From: Nocardioides daejeonensis
GTDB lineage: Bacteria > Actinomycetota > Actinomycetes > Propionibacteriales > Nocardioidaceae
Length of the DNA: 64,000 nucleotides
Assembly (NCBI GenBank): GCA_040393845.1
Contig: JBEBTI010000001.1
Location: 658 to 64,657 of the forward strand
Direction of reading: 5' to 3'
Positions 63,644-64,000 of the stretch are shown piece by piece. Below the pieces are notes generated by a model, which saw only the letters and a list, made by a program, of their open reading frames with translations, did no database searches and had not been told where the DNA came from. Positions within the stretch are counted from its first letter, which is position 1. The number at the start of each line of letters is the position of its first letter. A program made the position numbers and the translations under genes.

Positions 63644-64000
63644 ATGCGCCCCGTCACCGACCTCGAACGTCGTGTCGCCCCGTTCCGGGTGATCTCCGAC
63701 TACCAGCCGTCAGGCGACCAGCCGGCCGCCATCGCCGAGATCAGCAAGCGGATCGACGAGGGAGTCGACGACGTCGTACTCCTGGGCGCGACGGGCACCG
63801 GCAAGACGGCGACGGTGGCCTGGGTGGCCGAGCAGGTGCAGCGCCCGATGCTGGTCCTGCAACCCAACAAGACACTCGCCGCGCAGTTCGCCAACGAGCT
63901 GCGCCAACTGTTCCCCGAGAACGCCGTGGAGTACTTCGTCAGCTACTACGACTACTACCAACCCGAGGCCTACGTCCCCCAGACCGACACCTACATCGAG
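63644..64000 (+). CDS. uvrB: Excinuclease ABC subunit B (3'-truncated; not in the ORF track)
   Basis: Translated by eye: [30 protein letters not shown]...[10 protein letters not shown]...PNKTLAAQ...[17 protein letters not shown]. Confidence 0.96.
   Translation, partial: MRPVTDLERRVAPFRVISDYQPSGDQPAAIAEISKRIDEGVDDVVLLGATGTGKTATVAWVAEQVQRPMLVLQPNKTLAAQFANELRQLFPENAVEYFVSYYDYYQPEAYVPQTDTYIE

Overview
This is a high-GC actinobacterial chromosomal segment; gene content and order suggest Nocardioidaceae/Nocardioides, which is an inference. It holds about 68 densely packed CDSs, and I saw no rRNA, tRNA, CRISPR array, prophage or intact IS element. The left part carries the end of the rib operon (ribD-ribE-ribBA-ribH), an APH-like kinase, an acVLRF1 release-factor homologue, a Zn-peptidase and an ABC-F. 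It continues with crotonase-ABC exporter-SDR, SURF1, moaA, DUF3099, dodecin, fabG-fabI-sixA, serB and NfeD-SPFH-TauE. The middle carries an LLM-FMN reductase pair, cobT-cysG-trmH, def, a fadE24/fadE23-like pair, galK, guaB1-nucleosidase, a large secreted alpha/beta hydrolase with ligB, a tandem NUDIX, dxs, PAC2 and tesB. The right part carries htdX-fabG4/fadA2 with a TetR (FdmR-like), an AlkA-like glycosylase, an 8-gene yrbE/mce operon, SDR-CMD, a cardiolipin synthase-like PLD and the start of uvrB. Most of this is conserved housekeeping and lipid metabolism. The most interesting signals not explained by the ORFs are a 6C-RNA-like twin hairpin with its own -10 box at 12.8 kb and two distinct palindromic operator families repeated in front of fatty-acid genes across about 50 kb. 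Also notable are pervasive leaderless promoters, an acVLRF1/kinase/ABC-F cluster and an mce operon with two predicted lipoproteins. All product calls come from motif and family recognition by eye; no searches were run.
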